Shown here: piece by piece, positions 49,201 through 60,662 of the stretch
How positions within the stretch are numbered: position 1 is the first letter of the stretch
How the letters are laid out: each line of letters opens with the position of its first letter
Source of the DNA: Paraspadella gotoi
Taxonomy: Eukaryota; Animalia; Chaetognatha
Direction of reading: 5' to 3'
DNA: 64,000 nt
Assembly (NCBI GenBank): GCA_051294375.1
Contig: CM119265.1
Location: forward strand, 11,223,818 to 11,287,817
Program-made: the position numbers and the translations under genes
The notes under the pieces: generated by a model
Database searches by the model: none
What the model was told of the DNA's origin: nothing
Seen by the model: only the letters and a program-made list of their open reading frames with translations

Positions 49201-51289
49201 CTTTTTTGCTGCCTTTGTATATGTAATAAAAAATAATTAAGCCCCTTTGAAAAAAAAATTGTATAACAGTATCATTAATTGAATTTTTTTTATAGTAATA
49301 TCCTTATAAAAACATAAAATTTCAAAATCATATTTTTTTAGTCGCCGGAAAAAACTGAAAAACTTCTGTAAAATATGTTACATGATATTTTTAGGTTAAA
49401 GCTGCAAAAAATGACCAAAATGTTTCATCATATAATAGTTTTTATTACAAAACATAAAAAAGTGGAGAATTTGATCTTTTTTTTCTTTTTTGACGCTGAA
49501 GACATTGAAATTTTTAATAACATATTTTATATATGTGATCTAACTTTTTATGAAGAATCAGAATCTTTAATAAAAATTTTTAAAAAATTATTTTGAAAAT
49601 TTATGATTTTATATGGATATTACTATAAATATATTGTAATTAATGATATTGTTCCCCGAACAATATAAGCAAAATATTTTTTGTTCTCCTTAATCATACT
49701 ATCTCACGTCTAAATATCCTTGTTTGTTCACTCAAATAAGATTTATGTTCCCCAGTGCTCCACTCTAATATACACGAGATAAATGGACTGACTGAAAAGC
49801 TTCTTAATACTCATGCCCCTCGGCATCGTAATAAATTGTACGAATTGTTTTCTCTCAGAAACTCGTAGAGATCGCCTACTACAATATGGGGAGAGTGAGA
49901 CTTCAGTGGTCCAGGTTGTGGGCCATGGCGCTCGGTGATCACTTCAACAAAGTCGGTTGCAACCCCAACGAGGACGTCGCCTTCTTTGCCGTCGATTCCC
50001 TCCGCCAATTGTCAATGAAATTCATCGAAAAGGGAGAATTCGCGAATTTCCGGTCAGTTTGCGTTTCGTGAGATGTCGTTCTTGTTAAAGACCAAATATC
50101 TTATATCGATTAACATTAATTTTTTTTTAGGTTCCAAAAAGATTTTTTACGCCCATTTGAGCACATCATGAAGAAGAATCGTTCTCCGGCCATAAGGTGA
50201 TGACTCATTGTGGTTATACATATATTAATGAATTAGCTATTAATTGAACCACAAACAAACATTATCATTTACTAATGAAAAATATCAATATTAAACCTTC
50301 AGGGCAATAGAATGAAAATTTATCAAAAATTAATCAGAACACGACAATATGCAAATGAGTTAATTCACAATTAATCTGCTACATATATAGCAGAGTAAAT
50401 AGTGGTTCATTATTCTCCATTCTTCATAATAGTAAAATTTTAAATTTGTACTTGTTACTGTTTAGTTTTGTCCAGCTTATTTATTTTAAATTCCATCCAC
50501 TTCCCAGGGACATGGTTGTTCGGTGCGTCGCTCAGATGGTCAACTCCCGAGCCTCGAACATCCGCTCGGGTTGGAAGAACATATTCTCCGTGTTTCACTT
50601 GGCCGCCTCCGATCTTGATGAGAACATTGTTGAGTTGGCCTTCCAAACCACAGCAAATATTATTTGTGAGTTTTAGAGTGTGGTTCTCATTGCCGTTTTC
50701 ATTTGACCTTCCTCTCATCCCGATAGACAAATTTCTTGAATACTTTTTCCTCTTTTCCTCCTCACATTTTTTTCAGCCTCGATCTTCGAAAAGTACTTCA
50801 GCTCGACGATCGACTCGTTCCAAGACGCCGTCAAGTGCCTCTCGGAGTTCGCCTGCAACGCCGCATTTCCCGACACCAGCATGGAGGCCATCCGACTCAT
50901 TCGTAACTGCGCCCACTTTGTTGCCGAAAAGCCCGCCATGTTCCGAGAACACGCGGGTGAGTCAAGGATAAGTTAGGGCCTAAGACGGCGTTCCTTTCTT
51001 AACGATTGTCGTTCCCAGGCGACGACATCTCGATCCCCGAAGAGGATCGCGTCTGGGTTAAAGGATGGTTCCCTGTCTTGTTCGAGCTTTCCTGCGTCAT
51101 TAATAGGTAAACAAAAACAGTTTGTGCTAAGGTCGGAGACATCTCGGATCATGTCCCATTTTACTGTCCACACAGATGCAAACTGGACGTTCGCACGAGA
51201 GGCTTGACGGTCATGTTCGAAATCATCCGGACTTACGGCGACACTTTCCTCATCCACTGGTGGAAGGATCTTTTCAGAATCATTTTCAG
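43236..51289 (+). CDS. ARFGEF1: BIG1/BIG2-type Arf-GEF, block B (HDS region; exons 43236-43461, 44668-44832, 45383-45492, 49859-50052, 50131-50196, 50508-50665, 50777-50956, 51019-51106, 51176-51289)
   Basis: [56 protein letters not shown]; [22 protein letters not shown]; [25 protein letters not shown]; [35 protein letters not shown]; [14 protein letters not shown]; [29 protein letters not shown]; [31 protein letters not shown]. Confidence 0.95.
46471..47164. mobile_element. Non-autonomous miniature DIRS-like element (ITRs + ICR, no coding)
   Basis: ITRs at about 46477-46572 and 47060-47157. The internal segment 46799-46885 contains complements of both ends. Its core ccatgaaga..ggttccat..ggaaccataaattctatcatgt is shared with the full DIRS at 56313-56360. 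Confidence 0.8.
47614..48665 (+). mobile_element. Penelope-like 3' fragment (GIY-YIG end, tail, pLTR)
   Basis: [30 protein letters not shown], homologous to 23560-24700. 12-bp TSD TAAATCTATATT (47602-47613, 48666-48677). Confidence 0.88.
48571..48614 (+). ncRNA. Minimal hammerhead ribozyme (PLE pLTR)
   Basis: gca CTGATGA a GGCTC taactgaat GAGCC GAAAC AT GTC tg. Confidence 0.75.
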
Positions 51290-52129
51290 GTTCGCGTTTT
51301 TTCTCAACAGGAGATTCGCCGAGAAAATGAAATGGGTTCGAGTTCGAAGAATTTTTTATCTCTCCAGACGGGCAAAAGCCTGACTTGGGTGAGATGTTAA
51401 TTCGTTTCTGCTTCTTTTGACCGTAGTTGTCGTCATCGTGGTCGTCACGCTATTTTACTATTGGAAATAGCTCAAATGTGTAACCATAGGAAGCTAGAAA
51501 TTTAGATATGGCTTCTCATCATTGAGGTCTTTTAAATTGTTATGTTTCATATTCCTACACTCATTTGATTGTTTTATTTACAAAACAATTTTTATATATA
51601 TAGACGTTTTAACTGTTCATTGTTCACTGTTCAGCTCCCCAGCGGTTGTCCAGTTTCTCTCTATTTCTCTCTTTTTCTCGCTCTTAAAATTATATGTCGC
51701 GCTCTCTCTTTTTTTTTCCGTTGCAGCTTCTTCTGATTCATCTAAAAACGAGTTCGCTCTGCAGCGGCTGTCCAGCTTCTCTCTCTCTCTCACTCACTCA
51801 TACACTATCATCGCTGCAATGAATGACTATCAGCGCTGCAATGAATGACTATCACCGCTTCAATGAATGACTATCACCGCATTAATGAATGATTATCATC
51901 GCATCAATGGCTCATCGCATCAACGAATGACTATCATCGCATCAATCATTTGGTTATCATTGCATCAATAGTTGGTTATCATCGCATCTACTATCTAGGA
52001 AAAAAGTATATAACATTTTTAATAAAGGATATCTATTCGAAAACTTGTTTTATTTTTAAAAAATTAGAATGTTTTCGGATCTACATTGAATTTCTTTTCA
52101 GTAGCTTCCTTCCATTTTTTTGTGATTGC

Positions 52130-55100
52130 TCATGGCTCCTCTCCACCACGTAGTTGCTCTTTTGTTCCAGATGTCGTGTTGTCCACAAGAAAGGACAAAA
52201 GAAAAAACGGAAAAGCAGGCTCCTCCTGCTCTTCCTCCTCCTCTCTTCCTCCTATCAGATACTAGCTCAGCGAAAGCAAACGCCACGAAATCACTCAGTC
52301 CACAAGACCCATCTGAGAGAACTCCACGCCGACTCCCGACAGTAAAAACGGAAGAAGGTCTGTGCCCCAGACCAATCCCCTGCACGTAGAATGACGTCCA
52401 GATCCACGCCCTTGGCAAAAGCTTCCGATACAGCCATAGCGCGTGTCGAGCAGGGGGCGCGTTGATGTCCGCATCTCTAAAGATCGACTTGAGAATCGAT
52501 GAAAAACGTTGGAGAGATAATGGACCATAAGGTGGCGATGGAGAAGTAAAGAGGAAATCGTGCTGTGGTCGCAAATCCTGACGAACACGAAGCCAAAAAA
52601 CAAAGCTGAGACTGGGCAACGACTTGAGCATGCGTCTATCCAAACGAAAAGCAGGACAAGACGACGTATTCTGTCAGTCTGGACAGTTGAGAAGGCACAA
52701 AACGAACATGGTCAGCAGCCAAATCCATGTGACCAGATCCACAACAAAGTGAAACTAACTCTGAAGGCCTTCTTGCAGAGGCCATGGCAAGGAGGAAAAT
52801 TGTACTCCTCAAAAACATGAGCCGGAGAAATAGGTAGAGGCGAAATATCAAAAACTCGCAGAACTGCGGCGACACTCCAAGCCGGGAACATCCTGCGCGA
52901 AGGAGGGCGTTTCTGGAAGACACCCTTCAGCAAACGGCAGACCAAAGGATGTTGACCCACTGGAGAACCATCCACATGAGGCAAAGTTGCGGAGATTGCC
53001 GATCTGTGCAAATTCACTGTGCTATAAGACAGACCGTCGTCGCTGAGATGAGCGAGATACTCGAGAACGTCCTTCAAGGCGCCTGATGTCCTCGAAGGCC
53101 CCTACGCTGAAGGAAGAGTCAAAGCATCGCCAGACCCTGTCGTAACGGGATCCTGTAGATCCCCCAGCTGTTGGAGATGAGAGAAAAAAACTGAGTTGTT
53201 AAGGTCTTGGAGACCGTGCGCCCTCCTATAATCCTCCAGACGACCAACTTGAGGCGATCCGAGAGCTTGGGAGGAGCATTCCGTGGCTTTGTCCAACACC
53301 AATCGACGAGACCACGGGAGACGAAAAACCTCCAACACCCGAAGAGTCAACAACAACGGAACCACTTCTGGGCTGGCCAAAAGGGCGTCACCAGAAGAAA
53401 TTCCCCTGGGCCCTCCTCAACTTGATGATCACCTTCGGGATCAATGGGAGAGGGGAAACACGTAAGCCCTGTCGAAAATCCAAACTTGACTGAGGGCATC
53501 CAGTCCGAGAGAATCCTCCTCCATCTTCCAAGAGAAGTAGCGAGGAACTTGACGGGAGAGCGCCGTCGCAATAGATCTATCGAGGCAAACCCAGACGCGT
53601 TGAAATCCGTCGAAAAACTTGGGGAGAGAGATGCCAATCCTGAACAGTCTTCCGCGTGATGCTGCATCCGCGATCAAATTCTCTTCCGAGGAAATGTGCG
53701 TCCCCACAATTGTAATCTGCAGAGACTGAGCAAGAAGGAGAGAATCCTGACAACTTGTGAAGATCCTGTGAGCGGCTGCAAGAGCGGCGGAGACAAACCA
53801 GAGACACTAAGCTGTCGGTCTCCACAAAGATTGCAGCCCTGGATCTCCCCGACCGAAGGAACGCAGGAACTTGAGCAGGACCATGAATTCCTTCACAGTT
53901 ATATGGAGATGGGCATCCACAACTTCCCAAATCCCCCGGTGAAGAGCCCCGCGAAACAGGAAGCCCCAACCTTCCTGGGAGGCATCTGTCGTCACTTCCG
54001 CTGTGCAAGAATCCGGGAGAACATCGGCGATCGGTGCAAAGCAATCCTGGATCTCGAGCTTTGACATCCAACGCAACTCCCTCCTCGCGCCTCCGGAAAG
54101 ACTGTCTTCCCCAAATCCTTCTCCGTGGAGTAGACACAATTGACGTCGCGTTGAATCCTTTGCCGCTCTGCAACGAATGAGCGGGACTGCTAAAGAGGCT
54201 GCGTCACAAGACCCAGCAGACGAAGAATTGAAGGGCTGATGGAGTGGGCTCTAGCAGGAGAAAGGCGGCCATCTCGCGAAGGGACAAAATCTTTGTCCAA
54301 GGAGCGCAACTCGATGAAGCGCCCGTCCCATTGGAGACCCAAGAACTGAAAAACTTGCGTCGGAACCAAACTTGACTTCTTGGGATGAATGATGAAGCCC
54401 GCATCTTCAAGAGTCGAAGAGCTGTGAGAGTGTTCACCAGACACTCCTCTTGCGAGGTCCCAGTATCAGAATATCGTCTATGTAGAAAAGGCACCTGATA
54501 CCCCTCTTCCGGAGCCAGGCGACTAAACGGCCGTGTCGTCTTGGTGAATAGCCAAGGACCGGTTGCCAAACCGAAAGGAAGGACTTGTACTGATAAACGC
54601 GCCTCTCCAAATGAAACCGACAAAACTTGCGATGATCCACATGAAGAGGCAAGTGGAGATAGGCGTCGCGAAGATCGATAGACGACGCCCAGTCCCCGGA
54701 AGAACCATCTTCCGAACATCTTGACAACCTTCCATCCGGAAGTAAGGAGGGACAATGAAGGACTTGTTGAGCTTCTTCAAATTTAGAATTGGCCTCCATC
54801 CCCCATCTTTTTGGGAACCAGAAAAATCTTGGAATAATACCCCGGAGAAGGCTCCACCTCCTCCACGGCACCCTTTTCCCAAAGCTGCCGCTATCTCGTC
54901 GTCGATGAGTGAGTCCTGTCCCCAAAAGAAGGGTGTCTCGTCCGAAGGGAGAGGCATTCTAGTAGGAATCCTGTTCGCTCTCTGCAATGAGGAATCCTTT
55001 CACGTTTTTGTAGAAATGGAGAATCCTGTCCGACCAAATCCGCCCAAAAAGGGACGAAGTGCTGCAAGCGCCCTCCCACCGGGAAGTTGCGGAAGACGGG

Positions 55101-57310
55101 CCGGAGAAGACAAAATCGAGTCCTGGACAGCACATGGTCTTGATATCCAAAGTGGCCGGACGAGGCGACGGCCGAGGGGGCGTCATAGGAAGTCACTTGG
55201 AATCCTTCGACGCCGCCCCATCCCCCCTTTCCCGAACGCTAGAGGACGCGGACTTGCGATAAGGCTTGTAGAACCCCTGGACTTAGCAAAGAACCTCTTT
55301 CCGCGGAACTGCATTACTTCTTGGGGCGATAAGCTTGAGCCTTGAAAAGAGAGGAATGGATAGCGCGAGAAACCTCCGTCGATCGATTCCCAAAATAAAA
55401 ATCCACAGGAGGGGGAATTCCGTCAGCATAGCTTTAAGCTCCTTCGGAGAAGACTGCACTACCAAACGTCGAGATTCAGCCAAAGCTGAATTAAAAGAAA
55501 ACGCCACATTGAAGCTGCATCCTTGAGTGGAGCAGCCAAAGTCTCCAAATCCAAAATCAATTCGGGATCTGCGCCAGAAGCTTTGGAAGAGACCAATAAT
55601 AAATTTCAGGCCTTCTGCAGTGTGAAGGACAGAATGAGCTACGGCCTGCATCCCTCATAGCGCGAGCGAGCTGCTTGAAAAGAGCAGCCGATTTTGCGAT
55701 CCTTGAAACGGCATCAAATTGTGGCAGAGACACAAGTATCCTTCATGGGAGGTCCAAAATCAGAAGGAGAAGAAATCCATCAACCCATGCGAGCATAAAT
55801 AGATCTGCGTTGACCGGGCTCCCAACCCTTGGTGAGCGTCCGCGGAAGATCCAATAGAACGCAGCTCCTTCCATTGCTGACACACCCACTTCCGAAGGAA
55901 CTGATGCAGTTTTGCGTTTGGGAATAAAAGTCTCAAATCCGACTGGAGCAATCAGAAGTGGATGAGAGTTCGCCTTCCTCCGAACACGATAAATCATGTC
56001 CGGCGCAATAACATTTGGATGTTGATTGAGATGACCAATCCATATCCCGACTTAGGAAGAGCCGGGTTAGCATGACAAGCTCTGGCGCAGAAGCGCGGAC
56101 TTGATCACTGGAAACGAATCAGCAGAGCAGTAGAAGGTTGATGCGGAGATAAAAGTGAAATTCCAGGAGCCATGAACATCGTACATGAAAAGGAAAAGAA
56201 AAAAACTGATTAGATAAGCGCAACCAAAAAAGACAAAAAACCCCCGAAGCCGCCCTCCAACGCACCGGTGGTCGTCAGGGGGTGACGGCGGGAGACCACG
56301 TGGTGGAGAGGAGCCATGAAGAATCCCGGTTCCATTTGGAACCATAAATTCTATCATGTCGCTCCTCTCCACCACGTAGTTGCTCCAGTAACAGAGCGGG
56401 CGAGGATAAAAAACAAAAAAACAAGACAAAGTCGAATTGGTGGAGCGAAAATAATCGAAAAAATTTCACTAATGTATGCCAAAAGGGCAAATACACAAAA
56501 TAAAAATTTCAACTCACCGTTGCACGAAGCCATATCCGATCGCATGGAACGTTGAACTCCAACTGCTGCTGAAAAAAGGCGAATCCCGCCTGTATCATGC
56601 CAACTTGATTCGTTTCTTCTTCCGCTAAGAGCCGAGTCCTTTATAGGCGAATGCACCACGTCCTCTCCCCTACCACCATACGCCGATGTATAAGTCGGTG
56701 CACCGGCCTCGAGCCCACCAGGGACAAACCAGCGGCGGAGTCGCGGACCTCGGCGGCGCCCTAGCGGCAATGTTCACCTCAGGGGAGAAGCAGAGGCCGT
56801 TACGGAGGTGGAGGAGGTGGAGACAGCCCCCTAAAAACGTCGGGCGGCTCCGGAGTCAGACCCATTTCCGGGCCCGCTCGCTCGCTTTTGACCGCTTTTA
56901 CAGCGGGCTCGATTTCGGTTTGCGAGAACTCGGACATCTTGACAATAAACCGAAACCGACCTCGAGATTCACCCCAAACTGAATTGAAACAAATCTCGGA
57001 AGGGAAAATGAATTTCCGTAATATCAAATTATTTCCAAAATAATTTCAAAAATTTCAAAAATTTCAATAAAATTTCAAACAATAATCAAATATTTCAAAT
57101 ATCAAACCTTGAACGACAAGTCGTGAACAAAAAAAGTGATTTCGTGGCGTTTGCTTTCGCTGAAGCTAGTATCTGAGAGAGGAAGGAGGAGGAGGAGAAG
57201 AGCAGGAGGAGCCTGCTTTCCGTTTTTTCTTTTGTCCTTTCTTGTGGACAACACGACATCTGGAACAAAAAGAGCAACTACGTGGTGGAGAGGAGCGACA
57301 TGATAGAACT
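52130..57310 (-). mobile_element. DIRS1-like tyrosine-recombinase retrotransposon (gag-like, RT, RNase H, MT-like, YR; many frameshifts)
   Basis: RT: GGWRPILNLKKLN, SIDLRDAYLH, LPFGL, FYIDDILI. RNase H: TTDASQEGWG, HITVKE, NLIADAASR. MT-like: LDALSQVW..AYVFP, TPFWPAQKWF. YR: YSTVNLHRSAIS, HPLVCRLLKG, FLLAMASARRPSEL. ITRs 52130-52296 and 57135-57302. ICR about 56295-56387. Confidence 0.93.
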
Positions 57311-57389
57311 TGAATGAGGATTGAACTCGTAAAATTAGGCATGTTATCATTTTACTATCGCAACATCGGTTTTTATTTCATTCTTCTCC

Positions 57390-57875
57390 TTTTCACTCTC
57401 TCTTTATTTTTATTTTTCTTTCTTTCCTTTCTATTCCTTTCTTTCGCCTTTATTCTTTCTTTCTTTCTATTCTTTTTCCTGTTCTATCTTTCTTTTTCTT
57501 CTTTTTTTCTTCTTTTTATTCTTCTTTTTCTTTCTATTCTTTCCTTTCTTTCTATTCTTTCTTTCCTTTCAATTTCTTTCTTTCCTTTCAATTCTTTCTT
57601 TCCTTTCAATTCTTTCTTTCCTTTCAATTCTTTCTTCCTTTAATTCTTTCTTTCTTTCAATTCTTTCTTTCCTTTCAATTCTTTCTTTCCTTTTTATTCT
57701 TCTTCCTTCCTTTCTTTCTTTCCTTTCTTTCTTCTTTCCTTCTATTCTTTCTTTCCTTTCTATTTTTCTTTCCTTTCTATTTCTTTCCCTTTCCTTTCTA
57801 TTCTTTTTTTCCTTTCTATTCTTTCTTCTTTTATTCTTTTTTATATTTATTCTTTTCTTTCTTTTTCTTTCTGTT
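57390..57875 (+). repeat. Pyrimidine-rich TTTC/TTCAATTCTTTCTTTCC simple repeat
   Basis: Directly visible; source of spurious Phe/Leu/Ser ORFs. Confidence 0.9.
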
Positions 57876-57940
57876 TATAAATTAATTTGATTTTCTCAAA
57901 TTTGATTTTTTTTTAGTATCAAAATTACTTACTTCTTTTT

Positions 57941-59369
57941 TAGTCGGATCTGCTTATCAGCAGATCCCGACTCTATAATTCACTTGTCGGTCCGTCGTCC
58001 GCCCCCTCAATATGTGTCGGGCACTAACTTATATCATGTCAGAACATCAAATTATTGATAAATTATGCAAAAAAAATTCCGTCCGTCCGTCCGTCCCACT
58101 TAGCAAAAAACACCAATTACTCGTGATTGGATGGATGGATTTGAATAAAATTTTTGTGTGTGGATAGGTAAGTGTGTGATTGAGCTGGATTGAAGTTTCG
58201 ATGAAATCGTCTGAGTGGAAATGACTTTAAATGGAAAAAAAACAAAAAATATAATTCACTATTGAACACAATTGTTCATGAGGGTGGATGGGCTGATTAA
58301 CCTGAATTTTGTATGTGGGTAGGAAAGTGTGTGATTGAACAGGAAATCAAGTTTCGATGGAATAATTGAGTGGAAATGAGTTTAAATGGAAAAAAACAAA
58401 AAAACCTGTTTCACATAATTGATTATGCTTCTTTTTTTCTTTTTATATTAAATGTAATATGCAGGCGATGTATTAATAAAACAAATAATTAATCAGTTTA
58501 ATTAATAAATTAGTAAATAAATTAATCAATAATTAATTAATTAGTCAATCAATCCGTTCATCCGGGTGATTGGCTGGTTGGATTGTAATTTAAATTTTGT
58601 GTGGGTAGGAAAACGTGTGATAAAAGCTGGATATAAAGTTTCGATGGAATCGTGTGAGTGGAAATTAGTTTAAATGGAAAAAACATAATGTCGCATTTAC
58701 TAAAATCTTTTTATTTATTTTAACCAATAAATACTCTAAAATTAATCATAATTGGATGGATAGATTGAGTTTGAATATTTTTGTGTGTGGGTAGGAAAAT
58801 ATGTGACGAAGCTTGATTATAAAGTTTCGGTGGAAACGTACCAGTGGAAATGATGTTTAAATGAAAAAAATATGAGTCACATTTTTACTTGAATTGTTTT
58901 ATTTATTTTAACCCATGATAGATTGAGATAAAATTTTGTGAGCCGGTAGGAAAGTGAGTGAAGAAGCTAGATATAAAGTTTTGACGGATAATGCAAGTTG
59001 AAAAAATTATGCAAGTTGAAAAAATGATGGCAAGTTGAAAAAATCTTAAGAGCATAAGGATCGTCACAATTGCATAAAAGAGAGAGAGAGAAAGAGAAGA
59101 AGTGAGAGAGAGAGTGAGAGAGAGAGGAAGAAGAAGATGTGAGAGAGAGAGAGAGAGAGAGAAGGAGACATAAAATAAAATAGAGGATATTTGTTTGTTT
59201 TGATAAAATGTAAACAAACATATTTTAATAACTGTCCTGACTCAATTTTAAGAACATCGATTGAATGACAAGCTGAATGTAAATTATAATTAATTATTAA
59301 AATTAATTAATTAATTAATCAATTAATTAATATCGTAGGCAGATCCGACATTGTTTGCTCAAACTTGTT
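57941..59369 (+). mobile_element. Full-length DINE-1/Helentron-like non-autonomous element (HINE)
   Basis: 5' T-run, subTIR GTCGGATCTGC with adjacent inverted repeat GCAGATCCCGAC, (GTCC)n, central tandem units, then 3' subTIR GCAGATCCGAC, a stem-loop GTTTG-CT-CAAAC and TT. This is the DINE-1 layout; no TSD seen. Confidence 0.8.
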
Positions 59370-59492
59370 ACCATAGAAATGATTTGAATTTTGTATGCAA
59401 TGTTTTAAAAAAATAAACCAATCTCGATATTTTATATTAATTATTTAAAAAAACCTTTTTTTACAAAAGTAATTAGGAAAATTAATTGAAAA

Positions 59493-60047
59493 AACAAGTT
59501 TGAGCAAACAATGTCGGATCTGCCTACGATAAATTAATTAATTAATTAATTAATTAATAGATTAATTAATTAAATAGATTAATTAATTAATTAATTATAA
59601 TAGATTAATTATAATTTATATATTCAGCTTGTCATATCGATGTTCCTTAAAATTGAGTCAGGACAGTTATTAAAATGTTTTGTTTACATTTTATCAAAAA
59701 CAAACAAATATCCTCTATTATCGAGCCAGGCGGGGCAAAGCCGTCTGTCTAGATTTTTTTTCGGTTTAGGCTTTCGGTCTCGCTTTTTTGCAATCATGGC
59801 TTCTGAAGTGTGATATCATAGGGAGTTGAATTTTCATATATGGCTTCTAATCATCAAGATCTTTAAAATTCTCATGTTTCATATCAATATTGGTATTTGT
59901 TTATGTTTTTATTACAAAACAAAACGTTTTAATTATATGTCGCTCCTCTCTCTCTCTCTCTTTTTCTCCGTCACTGCTTCTTCTAAAAACGAGTTTCCGG
60001 CTCTGCAGCGTCTGTCCAGCTTCTTTCTCTTTCTCTCTCTCTCTCTG

Positions 60048-60081
<34 letters not shown>

Positions 60082-60627
60082 TTTTTTACAAAAAATTTTT
60101 TAGATATAATGTGGTTCACTAATGTAAAAACGATGCCGCGAACAGGGGCGCGAACCGCGGGTCTTTGGGTAGAGAAATAGCTCACGCTACGTGCGGCGCC
60201 ATAAGTACTGCTGATTCTTTAACGAGTAAAGGGGCTGTAGAGCTCTCTCTCTCTCTCTTTTTAATTATTATATATCGCTCTTTCTCTTTTTCTCTGCAGC
60301 GGCTTGTCTCTCTCTCTCTCTCTCTTTTCTCTCTCTCTCTCTGTCTCTCTGTGTGTGTCTGTCCCTATCTGTCCGATCTTTTGCGTGATCGTTTGTTTTT
60401 TAAAAAATTCTGTGATTATTTTTTTCCTTCTAAAAACTTTTTATTATTGCCATTTATTCCGCGCTTTTTTTCAATACAAAATCCCAATATTTTCATCCGA
60501 GATTTTCGTGGATTTATCTCTTCTTTCTTTCTCTCTCTCTCTCTCTCCCTCTCTTTCTCTCTCTCTCTCTCGTCTTTCTTTCTCCTCTCTCTCTCTTCTC
60601 TCTCTCTTTCTCTCTCTCTCTTTTCTT

Positions 60628-60662
<35 letters not shown>

